A stretch of 36,020 bases of DNA from Thermomicrobiales bacterium (lineage in GTDB: Bacteria > Chloroflexota > Chloroflexia > Thermomicrobiales > UBA6265). The stretch covers positions 1,393-37,412 of the forward strand of contig JAUJMG010000004.1 in NCBI GenBank assembly GCA_030446955.1. Direction: 5' to 3'. The translations under genes were made by a program, and so were the position numbers. Numbering within the stretch: position 1 is the stretch's first letter; every line of letters begins with the position of its first letter. Below the pieces are notes generated by a model, which saw nothing but the letters and a program-made list of their open reading frames with translations, was not told the DNA's origin and did no database searches. Positions 17,430 to 26,786 of this stretch are shown here, piece after piece.

Positions 17430-18125
17430 TCACTCGGCGACAGTGACCCGGGCCTGCGCGGCGGCGTTGCTCAGGTCGATCTCATTGAGTGTCAGCAACA
17501 GATCATCGGAGCGTGCCTGGAGCCGCGCCAGGCTGTCCCGGAGCGCGGGGAGCTGCGCCCGGGCCTCGGGGTCAGTTGGGGCCGCCGCGCTGAGATCCGC
17601 AATCTGCCGCTCAACCTCAGTGACGCGGCTCTGGGTATCTCTGATCTGGGCCGAAATCGCTTCACGCGGCTCGCTGCTGAGCTGTGCGGCTTGCTGAGCG
17701 ATAAAGACGTTGAACTGCTCCGCGATTGCGTTCGCGATCGCCGCTGCCCGATTCGGCTGGGTGTCCGAGACCCAGACCGTGATCAATTGTGTCTCCCGTC
17801 CGGCGCGCGCTGAGACGTTGCCCTGCAACTCCTCAACACGGTACGGCAGCCGAAGCTGATCGATCACCGGCTGGAGCACATCCCGGGTCGTCAGAAGTTC
17901 CTCGTACGTTGCCGCGAGACTCTGGCTTCCTCGGATCGCGTTGAAGTCCCACGAGTCGGAGCCGCTCTGTCCGGCGTTGATGAAGAGCCGGGCGCTGGCC
18001 GCGTAGACGGGTTGCTGCTGAGAACTAACCCAGAAAGCGCAGCCCGCCGACGCCACCGCCAACAGCAGGGGCAGCCACCACCAACGGCGAGCCATCCGCA
18101 CGAGTTGCTGGGGACCGATCTCCAA
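17430..18125 (-). CDS. Wzz / chain-length-determinant N-terminal domain fragment of a Wzc-like protein
   Basis: 'LVRMARRWWWLPLLLAVASAGCAFWV' (TM1), then a coiled-coil periplasmic region. The likely start is TTG 18125, 6 nt after GGAGG (18136-18132). ATG 18095 and the track start 18248 are alternatives. It ends at TGA 17432-17430. Confidence 0.75.
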   Translation of the reverse strand: MEIGPQQLVRMARRWWWLPLLLAVASAGCAFWVSSQQQPVYAASARLFINAGQSGSDSWDFNAIRGSQSLAATYEELLTTRDVLQPVIDQLRLPYRVEELQGNVSARAGRETQLITVWVSDTQPNRAAAIANAIAEQFNVFIAQQAAQLSSEPREAISAQIRDTQSRVTEVERQIADLSAAAPTDPEARAQLPALRDSLARLQARSDDLLLTLNEIDLSNAAAQARVTVAE

Positions 18126-18272
18126 CTGGAACCTCCAGCCGATGCTCGGGAGCGCAGTCCTATCCCTCAGGGCGGGCCAGGGGACCCGGGGATAAAAACG
18201 CGAGAAGGCAACAGTGTACTGCCACTTCGCAGCGGTCGCTGGGCCCAAACTGAGAAAAGGGTCGGGGCCGCC

Positions 18273-19382
18273 TCACCATCCGGCGGAGTAGCTCGCGAGA
18301 CTCTCCCGATAGACGCCGAGGGTGCGCTGGAACATGCGATCGAAGGTGAATGCGGCTTCGTACCGGCGACGACCTGCCACGCCCATCTCCTGGCGGCGCG
18401 CGGCGTTGCCGGCCAAGGCGACCAGTCTCTCCCGAACCGCAGCCACGTCGCCCCGCGGTACGACGTATCCGGTCACGCCTTCCTCCACCGCCTCCGCTGC
18501 CCCGCCCACATCTGATACCACCACTGGAAGGCCGGCGCGCATCGCTTCCAGCGTGGAGCGTGGGAACCCTTCCCAGTGGGAGATCAGGGCGAAGACCTGC
18601 GCCCGTGCCAGCACCTCCGCCACGTCGCTCCGCTCGCCCAGAAAGCGGACCCGGTCAGCCACGCCGACCTCGTGAGCGAGAGCGCGCACCGTTGCTCCGC
18701 TCGGCCCGCCCCCGACCAGGTCCAGGTGCACACCGTCGATGTCGCGGAGCGCCCGGAGCAGCGTGGCATGGTCCTTCTGCCGATCCATGCGGGCCACCAT
18801 CGCGATGCGGACCGGGTCTCCGGCCCCGGGCCGTGCCCTCAGGCTGGCGCACACATCCGGCATCCCGTTGTGGATGGTTACCAGTTGATCTGGTGCCATC
18901 CCGGCCGCGACGCCGATGCGTCGATCATGCTCGGAGACGCAGACGATCGTGGCCGCAAGTGGCGCCGCTGCCCGTTCCAGCAGCCGGTAGGCCGTCCGCT
19001 GTGGCTCGCGGACCCCATGGGTGAAGGCCCAGCCGTGGGCCGTGAAGAGACACGGGACGCCGGTCGCCTTGCCCGCCAATCGTCCGAGCCAACCGGCCTT
19101 GCTGGAGTGGGTGCTGATGAGGTCCGGCCGGAAGGCTCGAATGGCTCCCCGGAGCGCGACGAACGCGCGCGCATCTCGGCCGGGTCGAATCTCCCGGCCG
19201 AGATGCCGGCAGGCCAGGGTGCGGACCCCAGCAGCGGTCAGGGCGTCCGTGTAGGGGCCGGCTTCTCCAGTGATAACCAGCGGCTCGTGCCCATCCTCGA
19301 CCAACCGCCTTGCCAGGTCTCGCACGTGAATCTGGGCACCGCCGATGGTATCCGATCGGGTGATCAGGAACGCGATCTTCAT
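18273..19382 (-). CDS. glycosyltransferase family 4 (GT-B, GT1/GT4-type)
   Basis: 'MKIAFLITRSDTIGGAQIHVRDLA' N-terminus and a C-terminal 'EGFPRSTLEAMRAGLPVVVSDVGGAAEAV' EX7E-type motif. RBS GAAGGGAAGG. Confidence 0.85.
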   Translation of the reverse strand: MKIAFLITRSDTIGGAQIHVRDLARRLVEDGHEPLVITGEAGPYTDALTAAGVRTLACRHLGREIRPGRDARAFVALRGAIRAFRPDLISTHSSKAGWLGRLAGKATGVPCLFTAHGWAFTHGVREPQRTAYRLLERAAAPLAATIVCVSEHDRRIGVAAGMAPDQLVTIHNGMPDVCASLRARPGAGDPVRIAMVARMDRQKDHATLLRALRDIDGVHLDLVGGGPSGATVRALAHEVGVADRVRFLGERSDVAEVLARAQVFALISHWEGFPRSTLEAMRAGLPVVVSDVGGAAEAVEEGVTGYVVPRGDVAAVRERLVALAGNAARRQEMGVAGRRRYEAAFTFDRMFQRTLGVYRESLASYSAGW

Positions 19383-19630
19383 GCCGCCTTCCCTTCGGCT
19401 ATCTCACCCTGTCCGTCCGCGCCGCTTAGGCTCCTCCGTCCACCTGGTGCCTGGCATTGCTGTCCAGGTGTGATTTGCTTGCTACCCTTGGCGCCGCGTG
19501 GCCCCCGCCGTTCCGCACTCTAATACTCCTCCCCGCGGCAGGATCGGACGTCGACTGGGGTACCCCCCGCACGTTCGCGGTTGACTGCGGCGGGGGTAGC
19601 GCGTCGGGGATAGGGGAAAGGAGCGCTTCG

Positions 19631-20167
19631 GTGGTTCAGGTGTGGCGGAAGGTTGGCCGGAACGTCGACATCATCGGCCGCGACACGTTCGTCAACGCGA
19701 TGGCCGGCGCCGTCTTCATGCCCTACCCGTTGCGCTACGCGATTTACCGCCTCTACGGGGTTCAGACGCAGACGGCCCGCATTCGGGCACGTTGCTGGTT
19801 CAACGGGTCCAACGTCAGCATCGGCCGCGGGTCGTTCGTCAATTACGGCTGCTTCTTCGACGCCCGGGCGCGCATCGAGATCGGCACCCGCTGCAGCATC
19901 GCGATGGAGGTCATGTTCTGCACGTCGTCGTACATCATCGGCGGTGCGGAGCACCGGGCCGAAACTGGCGTCGGATATCCGATCACGGTCGGGGATGGCT
20001 GCTGGATCGGGGCGCGTGCTCTGATCCTGCCCGGTGTCACGATCGGCGATGGCTGCGCCATCGCTGCCGGGTCGGTCGTGACGAAGGACTGCGAGCCCCA
20101 CGGCCTCTACGCGGGCGTCCCCAGCAAGCGCATCCGTGACCTGCCAACGGCGTCGCCCCATCTCTAG
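19631..20167 (+). CDS. hexapeptide-repeat (LbH) O-acetyltransferase
   Basis: GTG 19631 is 7 nt after AAAGGAG. Left-handed beta-helix repeats: 'ITVGDGCWIGARALILPGVTIGDGCAIAAGSVV'. It is the only plus-strand gene inside the polysaccharide locus. Confidence 0.8.
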   Translation: MVQVWRKVGRNVDIIGRDTFVNAMAGAVFMPYPLRYAIYRLYGVQTQTARIRARCWFNGSNVSIGRGSFVNYGCFFDARARIEIGTRCSIAMEVMFCTSSYIIGGAEHRAETGVGYPITVGDGCWIGARALILPGVTIGDGCAIAAGSVVTKDCEPHGLYAGVPSKRIRDLPTASPHL

Positions 20168-21351
20168 GCCGACCCTGCCGCGGCCTCGCGGAGGAGTCCG
20201 GCCAGCCTCGCCGCGGCGACCTGGAGGCAGTAAGACCGCTCGACCCGGTCCCGGCCTGCCGCTCCCATCCGCCGTCGCAGTTCCGGATCCGACCGCAGGG
20301 CGCCGAGTGCCCCAATCCACTCCTCCGAGGTCGTCGCCTTGAACCCGTTCACCCCGGGCTCGATCAGGTCGTCGTTGACCCCAACTGGGGAGCCCACGAC
20401 TGGGCGCCCGCAGGCCATGTACTGGATCAGCTTGAAGCCGCACTTGCCGCGCTCAAAGGGAGAGTCCGGCAGCGGCATGATCCCGACATCAATGCCCTGC
20501 AGGTCCGCAACCTCCGTCGCCGCAGACCATGCCCGGACCTCAACCGGCACCCGCCAGCCCAGGTCACCGGAGCCAATGGCCACCAACCGGGTCGTGCCGC
20601 CCGCCCAGAACGTTTCCAGCGGGCCACGGATCGTCTCCAGGTGCTGCCGGGCGGTCACGGGGGTGCCGATCCAGCCGATCGTGAAGGTCCCATTATTCGT
20701 GGCCGGAACCGGCGGGTACCGCTCCAGATCGACGACGGTCGGCAGGATCGCCACCCGCCTCGCCCCAGCCGCCTCGGCTCGGGCCGCGAGGTAGCCGTTG
20801 CCTGCGATCACCAGCGCCGCGCCTCGCATCACCCGGTCGATCTTCCTCCCGAGCAGCGCCCGCACCGCCCATGAGGGGTGCTGGTCGTACCGGTGGAAGA
20901 GGGCATCGTCGTAGTCGACCACGTAGGGCGCCCCAGTCGCGAGGAGGGAGGCTTCAATCCCGCTCGGTAACCAAGGAAGTGCCTCTTTCTCCAGCCAGAC
21001 AAGGTCGAACCGCCGCGATCGGAGCAACTGTCCCAGCCGCCGCCCGTAGGCTGCGGCGACGCTCCGGCGCGACACCCCTTTGCCGGCGTAGCGGGCCCGC
21101 AGGTAGGTGTCACCCAGCAGGGGCACGGCTTGGACCTCAAAACCCTGCCCCTGCAGATAGGGAAGGAATTGGTAGGAGCGGTAACGGCTGCTCGCGCCCA
21201 TCGGCCCGTAGCGCGTCAGCAGGAGGACCCTCGGTCCAACCGCCGCCCGATGCGAACACGACTCCCCACGCCCTCGCCCGGGGAGAGGGGGCAGGGGATG
21301 AGGATTGCACGTTCGGTGACCACCACAACGTTCAATCAGAGTTCGCATCAT
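20164..21351 (-). CDS. glycosyltransferase family 1/4 protein
   Basis: 'RVLLLTRYGPMGASSRYRSYQFLPYL' N-terminus and C-terminal 'ERGKCGFKLIQYMACGRPVVGSPVGVNDDLI'. The ATG overlaps the upstream GT2 stop as ATGA (21351-21348). Confidence 0.85.
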   Translation of the reverse strand: MMRTLIERCGGHRTCNPHPLPPLPGRGRGESCSHRAAVGPRVLLLTRYGPMGASSRYRSYQFLPYLQGQGFEVQAVPLLGDTYLRARYAGKGVSRRSVAAAYGRRLGQLLRSRRFDLVWLEKEALPWLPSGIEASLLATGAPYVVDYDDALFHRYDQHPSWAVRALLGRKIDRVMRGAALVIAGNGYLAARAEAAGARRVAILPTVVDLERYPPVPATNNGTFTIGWIGTPVTARQHLETIRGPLETFWAGGTTRLVAIGSGDLGWRVPVEVRAWSAATEVADLQGIDVGIMPLPDSPFERGKCGFKLIQYMACGRPVVGSPVGVNDDLIEPGVNGFKATTSEEWIGALGALRSDPELRRRMGAAGRDRVERSYCLQVAAARLAGLLREAAAGSA

Positions 21352-22301
21352 TCCGATCCGTCACCTTGCTGGACGAGCGGACGCGAAATAGCGCCCCAGA
21401 GCATCGCGTACCCCTGCAGCGTCTCCTTCGCGCTGCACGGTGAGCGCCGGGCCGCGGCCAGCCCAAGGCGACTCAGCGGCTCTAACAGAAGTGTCCCCAG
21501 CGCCAACCCGACGGCGGACGGCCGCCCAAAGTGCTTGAAGCCGTACCGGATGCGGCTCTGCAAGGAGTAACAGAGCCGCATTGCCTTCACCTGCTCCGAG
21601 GAGCCGCCACCGCGGTGCACCGCCCGTGCCTCGGCAAGGTAGTAAGACGACCACCCGGCGCGCGCCGCCCGGTAGGAGAAGTCCACCTCCTCGAAGTAGA
21701 CGAAGAACCTTTCGTCGAACCCGCTCAGTTGCTCAAAGAGGGACCTCCGGATCAGGAAGAAGGCTCCGATCACCTGATCGACGCAACGGCTCTCCCCGTG
21801 GTCCCACTCCGTCATCGCATGGTTGGGGAAGACCCCCGGCAGCCAGCGCGTCAGCCCCAGCATCTTGCCGACGAACATCCTAAGGGTCGGGAACCGGGCG
21901 CAACTGCGGTCGACCAGGCCGCTTTCGTCCACGAGTTGGATGCCGCAGATTCCGATTCGGGCGTTGGCCGGCTCCACCATGAACCGGATTGGCCTGGTGA
22001 GCGAATCAGGATAGAGCCGGACATCCGGATTGAGGAACAGCAGGTAATCTGCGTCACTCTCCCTGGCGCCCTGGTTGCAGGCGGCGGCGAAGCCTCGGTT
22101 CTCCCGGTTACAGATCAGCGTGAGCGGGAGCGGAAAATCCCCCAATCCTTCCGCCGACCCGTCCCGAGATCCGTTATCCACGACGACCACGCGGTTGAGC
22201 GCGAAGCTGTGCCGTGTTGCCGCGGCAATCGAGGCGAGGCAGTCCCGCAACTGGTCCCCGGTGTTCCAGTTGACGATCACGATGTCCAGGGAGAGAGTCA
22301 T
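21348..22301 (-). CDS. glycosyltransferase family 2 protein
   Basis: 'LDIVIVNWNTGDQLRDCLASI ... VVVVDNGSRDGS ... GFAAACNQGARESDADYLLFLNPDV' is a classic GT-A/GT2 N-terminal domain with DxD. ACGGAG lies 7 nt before the ATG. Confidence 0.9.
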   Translation of the reverse strand: MTLSLDIVIVNWNTGDQLRDCLASIAAATRHSFALNRVVVVDNGSRDGSAEGLGDFPLPLTLICNRENRGFAAACNQGARESDADYLLFLNPDVRLYPDSLTRPIRFMVEPANARIGICGIQLVDESGLVDRSCARFPTLRMFVGKMLGLTRWLPGVFPNHAMTEWDHGESRCVDQVIGAFFLIRRSLFEQLSGFDERFFVYFEEVDFSYRAARAGWSSYYLAEARAVHRGGGSSEQVKAMRLCYSLQSRIRYGFKHFGRPSAVGLALGTLLLEPLSRLGLAAARRSPCSAKETLQGYAMLWGAISRPLVQQGDGSE

Positions 22302-22475
22302 GCGGAACTCCGTTGTTCGCGTGGCCGCCCGTGGCCGGCCGTGCTCAGCCCTAGAGGCCCTTCGTGGGGTGAGCCCGGGGATGCGTCCCCGGGCACGAAG
22401 ACGGATGCCTGGGGGGCGAACAACCGAGCGGACAGATTTGGTATTAGGATCTCCTCCAGGACTACTCGGCGAGGC

Positions 22476-23831
22476 TCAGGCATGTGAGAAGGGCGAGCCG
22501 CCGAGAGCAGACTCGGGACGAGGCGAGCCGGCAACCGTCCGCGCTCGCGGTGCCCCGACCCGGAGCGCCTCCTGGAGGCCCAACAACGAAAAGAGGAGGA
22601 GGTTTGTCGCGACCGCCGTCGCCGGCTGGATCATGCCCATGAGCGTGTAACAGATGATCCCCACGGATAAGGCCGGCCCCCGCAGAGACAGCCCCGGCGC
22701 CTCGTCGCGTCGCCTCCGGAATCCCGCTCCGATCCCATGCAAGGTGAGCCCTGCCAGGCAAATCGCCGCCGGGATGCCGACCTCGCCGGCCGTCATGAGC
22801 AGGATATTCTCCGGCGAGAAGGTGCTTTCCTCTCGGCTGGCGCCTCTCACCCAGTACGATGCGGCGTAGACATCTGAGAAGTTGTCGGGGCCGACGCCAA
22901 GCAAGGGGTGATCCGCGATGACGCGAAGTGCCGCCCGGATCACGTAGCCCCGCTGGGTCGCGCTGTCGGACGCGAGGATGCCACCGGCAGCCCGCTCCTG
23001 GATCACCGTCGTCGCGCCGGACAACCACACCACCGCAGCGACGACCCCCACGGCCACGAGCGCCGGGATCAACGACCAGGTTCTCCCCGAGCGCAGCAGA
23101 ACCACCAGCGCGACCCCGGCGACCAGCCGTGCCGACTTCGATCCCGTGACGATCATCGCGATTGGCAGGAGCCCAAGCATAACCAGATAGAACCGTTGGG
23201 CTCGGCCTCCCTGCGTTCGGACGAGCGCCGCCGCGAACCCGAGGAACGGGGCAAGGTAGGTCACCAGCTCCAAGGGGTTGCCCATCGAGCCCCAGACTCG
23301 GAACTTGCCCGTCTCTCCATAGAGGTTGGCCCAGGGCGGCCCCCAAGACCAAAACCAGGCTGCATTGGGGCCGAGCCGCCACTGCACCAGCGCAAACGCA
23401 ACCGCGATGGCGCAGCCGGTCCAGAGCCCCACCACGAGCGCCGCTCTGGTTCGGGCGTCTCGAGCGAGCACGAAGATGGCGAGATAGGCGGCAAAGTATT
23501 CGAGCGGGCGGATCACCCCGTCCGGGCGCACCTGCTCCGCGATCCCGAGGTCGGCGGCACCATGCCAGAACCATGCGGCCAGGGAGAGCAGAACGAAGGA
23601 GCCCATTAGGACCACGGACCTGGAAACGACCAGTCCATCCTCCATGATCGCGACCACGGCCACTCCCGTCATCCCGAGCAAGAGCACCTCCGCGCCTGAT
23701 CCCGTGCCGCCCAGGAAGGAGCGCGAGACGTTCGTCAGCGGGATACTGGCGGCGAACAGGAACACCAGCAGCCGCGCCAGGCTCCTCATCGTCGCCACCG
23801 GTTCGTGTCCTCCCTCCAGCCGGATCATCAT
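22476..23831 (-). CDS. wzy: O-antigen polymerase/ligase family membrane protein (Wzy-like)
   Basis: 451 aa with about 10-12 hydrophobic helices and a large loop containing 'TGSKSARL'. It sits between the flippase and the GTs. The overlapping 528-aa ORF in another frame is rejected. Confidence 0.75.
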   Translation of the reverse strand: MMIRLEGGHEPVATMRSLARLLVFLFAASIPLTNVSRSFLGGTGSGAEVLLLGMTGVAVVAIMEDGLVVSRSVVLMGSFVLLSLAAWFWHGAADLGIAEQVRPDGVIRPLEYFAAYLAIFVLARDARTRAALVVGLWTGCAIAVAFALVQWRLGPNAAWFWSWGPPWANLYGETGKFRVWGSMGNPLELVTYLAPFLGFAAALVRTQGGRAQRFYLVMLGLLPIAMIVTGSKSARLVAGVALVVLLRSGRTWSLIPALVAVGVVAAVVWLSGATTVIQERAAGGILASDSATQRGYVIRAALRVIADHPLLGVGPDNFSDVYAASYWVRGASREESTFSPENILLMTAGEVGIPAAICLAGLTLHGIGAGFRRRRDEAPGLSLRGPALSVGIICYTLMGMIQPATAVATNLLLFSLLGLQEALRVGAPRARTVAGSPRPESALGGSPFSHA

Positions 23832-23837
23832 GGCTCC

Positions 23838-25322
23838 CTACTGGGCCCACGATCGCCGGGGAAGGGCCGCCTGGGACAGGCGCTGGACGAGCGGGCGCTC
23901 CTCCAGCGTCAGGAGCCACGTCCAGGCTGCGACCGCCGCGCAGGGAAGCGCCACGACAAGGAAGGCCACCTCCAACGCGGGCGCTGCGGGCTGCGCCGCG
24001 AAGCCGAGGGCGAGCCCAGGGGCGACTAGGATCAACAGCCCCCGCCACGGCAAGGTCGTGGGACCGGGCAGGAGACGCCCCGTCGCGGCGAACAGGAGCG
24101 CCATGTCGAGTGCCGCACGCAGGCTCCAGGCGATGGCCGCGCCCTCCAGGCCCAAGAAGTTCACCAGCGCCCAGAGTGCCGCCACGTAGAGCGGCAACTC
24201 AATCAGGTGAAAGCGCGCCGTTAGGTCGGCCCGGCCCGTCCCCTGCAGCAGCGCGAACGGGATCTGGGCGAGGCTGTTGAAGAGCACGCCGATGGCGAGC
24301 CACTGAAGCACGCCCGTCCCTTTGGCGGCAAAGCCCTCGCCTAGCCACAGCCGAAGACCGGTTTCGGCCAGCACCACGATCGTCAGGACGCAGGGGAAGA
24401 TCGCCAGCAGCACCCACCGCACCGCCCGGTCGAGCAGCCGCCGCGCTTGGGCGGCGTCCTGGCCGAAGCCGGCCGCGAACGCCGGAAAGAGCACCCCGGC
24501 CAGCGCCGACGGCACGATCAGCAGCTTGGTCACTAGGTCGAACGGGGTGGCGTAGTAGGTGACCGCGCTCAGCGAGACCAGGCCGCCGAGGAGGAACCTG
24601 TCCAGCGTCGCCATCAGCGGGCTGACGACGTTGGAGACCGTCATCCAGCCCCCCGTCCGCAGCAGAGGTCCGATCGACGCCCGCACGATCCTCCGCCCGC
24701 GCCCCAGCGCGGGCATCGTCCGCAAGCACAGCGCAAGGTGGATGGCCCAGGCCACGATCCTCCCGGCAAGCAGCGCGGCGACGATCGGCACCAGGCTCCG
24801 GGAGAAGGGCAACACCGCCACCGGGGCGACGAATGTGAACAGCCCCATCCCGGCCCGCAGCGTGCCGGTCAGCCGGAACCACTGCCGCGCCTCCAGGGTC
24901 CCCCGCAGCCCCGCGGTCGTGATCGTGACCGGGATCGAGAGCGCCAGCAGGTAGAACGCCCCGCGCGTCTCCTGCCGTAGATCAGCTGGGATCTTCAGCG
25001 CCGAGTTCACGAGCCACGCCGACGCAGTGATCCCGGCCGCGCACCCCGCCACGCCCAGGCCGAGCATCAGCAGGAGGGCGGTCCAGAAGAGGGCCGGAAT
25101 CTCCTCCTCCCGCCCCGTCCCCAACTTCTCCGCGACCACCCGCGTCAGCGCCCGCCCCAGCCCGAAGTCGAACAGGCTGAAGTACCCCACCGCCATCCAG
25201 GCGAGGTTGAGGAGGCCGAAACGCTCGGTGCCGAGTTCCCGGATCAGGATCGGGATGGTGACGAGCGCCACCAGCATCGGTCCGCCCGTCCCCGCCAGGT
25301 TCCAGAGCGTATTCCGCGCCAT
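23838..25322 (-). CDS. wzx: oligosaccharide flippase (Wzx / PST family)
   Basis: 'MARNTLWNLAGTGGPMLVALVTIPILIRELGTERFGLLNLAWMAVGYFSLFDFGLGRAL' is a typical Wzx N-terminus. Polytopic. An alternative start, ATG 25358, overlaps the rmlC stop by 8 nt. Confidence 0.85.
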   Translation of the reverse strand: MARNTLWNLAGTGGPMLVALVTIPILIRELGTERFGLLNLAWMAVGYFSLFDFGLGRALTRVVAEKLGTGREEEIPALFWTALLLMLGLGVAGCAAGITASAWLVNSALKIPADLRQETRGAFYLLALSIPVTITTAGLRGTLEARQWFRLTGTLRAGMGLFTFVAPVAVLPFSRSLVPIVAALLAGRIVAWAIHLALCLRTMPALGRGRRIVRASIGPLLRTGGWMTVSNVVSPLMATLDRFLLGGLVSLSAVTYYATPFDLVTKLLIVPSALAGVLFPAFAAGFGQDAAQARRLLDRAVRWVLLAIFPCVLTIVVLAETGLRLWLGEGFAAKGTGVLQWLAIGVLFNSLAQIPFALLQGTGRADLTARFHLIELPLYVAALWALVNFLGLEGAAIAWSLRAALDMALLFAATGRLLPGPTTLPWRGLLILVAPGLALGFAAQPAAPALEVAFLVVALPCAAVAAWTWLLTLEERPLVQRLSQAALPRRSWAQ

Positions 25323-25350
25323 TCCCGGACTGCCTGGGGCCAGCGCGGGG

Positions 25351-25914
25351 TTAGCCATCAACGCCGTAGCGGGGAAGCTGGCCCGGCGACACATCCCGCA
25401 GGAGCGGGGCGGCCGCGTCCTTGGGGGAGAGCACGGGCGCCGCCACGGGCCAGGCGATGGCGAGGTCCGGGTCGTCCCAGCGGATGCTCCCCTCGGCCTC
25501 CGGCCGGTAGAAATCGGTGCACTTGTAGGCGAAGAGCGCGCGCTCGCTCGTCACCGCGAACCCGTGGGCAAACCCTTCCGGCACGTAGAGCCGGCGCTGG
25601 TTCTCCGCCGAGAGCGTCACCCCGACCCAGCGGCCGTAGGTCGGCGACCCAACCCGGATGTCGACCGCCACGTCGAAGACCTCGCCCTCGATCACGGAGA
25701 CCAGCTTGCCCTGCGGGTTCGGGTGCTGATAGTGGAGGGCCCGGATCACGCCCCGCGTGGAGCAGGAGAGGTTGTCCTGCACGAACCGCGTCGGCAGCCC
25801 AGCCGCGCCGTACGCCGCCTCGTTCCAGGTCTCCAGAAAGTAGCCCCGGTCGTCTCGGAAGACCCGTGGCTCGACGATCACGACCCCCGGCAGGTCGGTT
25901 TCGACCACGTTCAC
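25351..25914 (-). CDS. rfbC: dTDP-4-dehydrorhamnose 3,5-epimerase
   Basis: '[10 protein letters not shown] ... [10 protein letters not shown] ... [20 protein letters not shown] ... [11 protein letters not shown]'. GTG 25914 overlaps the rmlA stop as GTGA. The rest of the 517-aa track ORF is an alternative-frame artefact over rmlA. Confidence 0.9.
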   Translation of the reverse strand: MNVVETDLPGVVIVEPRVFRDDRGYFLETWNEAAYGAAGLPTRFVQDNLSCSTRGVIRALHYQHPNPQGKLVSVIEGEVFDVAVDIRVGSPTYGRWVGVTLSAENQRRLYVPEGFAHGFAVTSERALFAYKCTDFYRPEAEGSIRWDDPDLAIAWPVAAPVLSPKDAAAPLLRDVSPGQLPRYGVDG

Positions 25915-26786
25915 CAGCCGCCCCCGTTCCGCGCCACGGACGCCAGGTAGCTGCCGTACTCGTTCCCCATCCCCGCCGCCAGCGTCTCCAGTTCCTCCGC
26001 CCCGATGTAGCCCATCCGGTAGGCCACCTCTTCCGGGCAGGCCACCTTCAGCCCCTGCCGCTCCTCGATGATCTGGATAAAGCTGGAAGCCTGCTGCAGC
26101 GCCTCCGGGGTGCCGGTGTCCAGCCAGGCCACCCCTCGCCCCAGGATCGCCACCCGCAGTTGGCCCCGCCGCAGGTACTCCAGGTTGACGTCGGTGATCT
26201 CGTACTCGCCCCGGGCCGAGGGCCGAAGCTCCCGTGCGATCTCCAGCACCCGGTTGTCGTAGAAGTAGAGCCCCGTCACGGCGTAGTGGGACTTGGGGAC
26301 CGCCGGTTTCTCCTCCAGGCCGATCGCCACGCCGGCGGCGTCGAACTCCACCACCCCGTAGCGCTGCGGGTCCTTGACGTAATAGCCGAAGACGGTCGCC
26401 CCCACCATCTGCGCCGCGCCTTCCTGGACCGCCTCCGGAAAACCGTGGCCGTAGTAGATGTTGTCGCCCAGCACCAGCGCCACCGGGTCGTTGCCGACGA
26501 ACTCCCGCCCGATCACGAAGGCCTGGGCGAGTCCCTCCGGGCGCGGCTGGGTCGCGTAGCAGATCCGCAGGCCCCACTGGGACCCGTCCCCCAGCAGGTC
26601 CGCAAAGCGGGGCAAGTCCATCGGCGTCGAGATGACGAGGATCTCCCGGATCCCGGCCATCATCAGGGTGCTGAGCGGGTAGTAGATCATCGGCTTGTCG
26701 TAGACCGGCAGCAGTTGCTTGCTCAGCACTCGGGTCAGCGGGTAGAGGCGGGTGCCGGATCCCCCCGCCAGGATGATCCCCTTCAC
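25911..26786 (-). CDS. rfbA: glucose-1-phosphate thymidylyltransferase
   Basis: '[52 protein letters not shown]'. The GTG start overlaps the rmlB stop as GTGA (26786-26783). Confidence 0.95.
   Translation of the reverse strand: MKGIILAGGSGTRLYPLTRVLSKQLLPVYDKPMIYYPLSTLMMAGIREILVISTPMDLPRFADLLGDGSQWGLRICYATQPRPEGLAQAFVIGREFVGNDPVALVLGDNIYYGHGFPEAVQEGAAQMVGATVFGYYVKDPQRYGVVEFDAAGVAIGLEEKPAVPKSHYAVTGLYFYDNRVLEIARELRPSARGEYEITDVNLEYLRRGQLRVAILGRGVAWLDTGTPEALQQASSFIQIIEERQGLKVACPEEVAYRMGYIGAEELETLAAGMGNEYGSYLASVARNGGGW

Larger units (their letters stand above)
16464..18125 (-). pseudogene. Wzc-like polysaccharide co-polymerase/tyrosine autokinase interrupted by one in-frame TGA (or an unusual split gene)
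   Basis: The two fragments share a frame: 17432-17381 = 51 nt. The 16 codons between the TGA and the GTG read 'AAPPDEPYAPRVPFFT', matching the Pro-rich segment that normally precedes TM2 in these proteins. Confidence 0.45.

Noticed and set aside
17430-17432. In-frame TGA in the Wzc-like gene as a selenocysteine codon
   Set aside because: These proteins are not known selenoproteins, the position is a Pro/Ala-rich linker rather than an active site, and I see no SECIS-like stem directly downstream. Nonsense mutation, sequencing error or readthrough are more plausible.
22462-24048. 528-aa ORF on the minus strand overlapping the Wzy and Wzx genes
   Set aside because: It is an alternative frame of real membrane-protein genes. 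The translation is an Arg/Gly/Pro/Ala-rich low-complexity string with no motifs, typical of off-frame ORFs in high-GC DNA.
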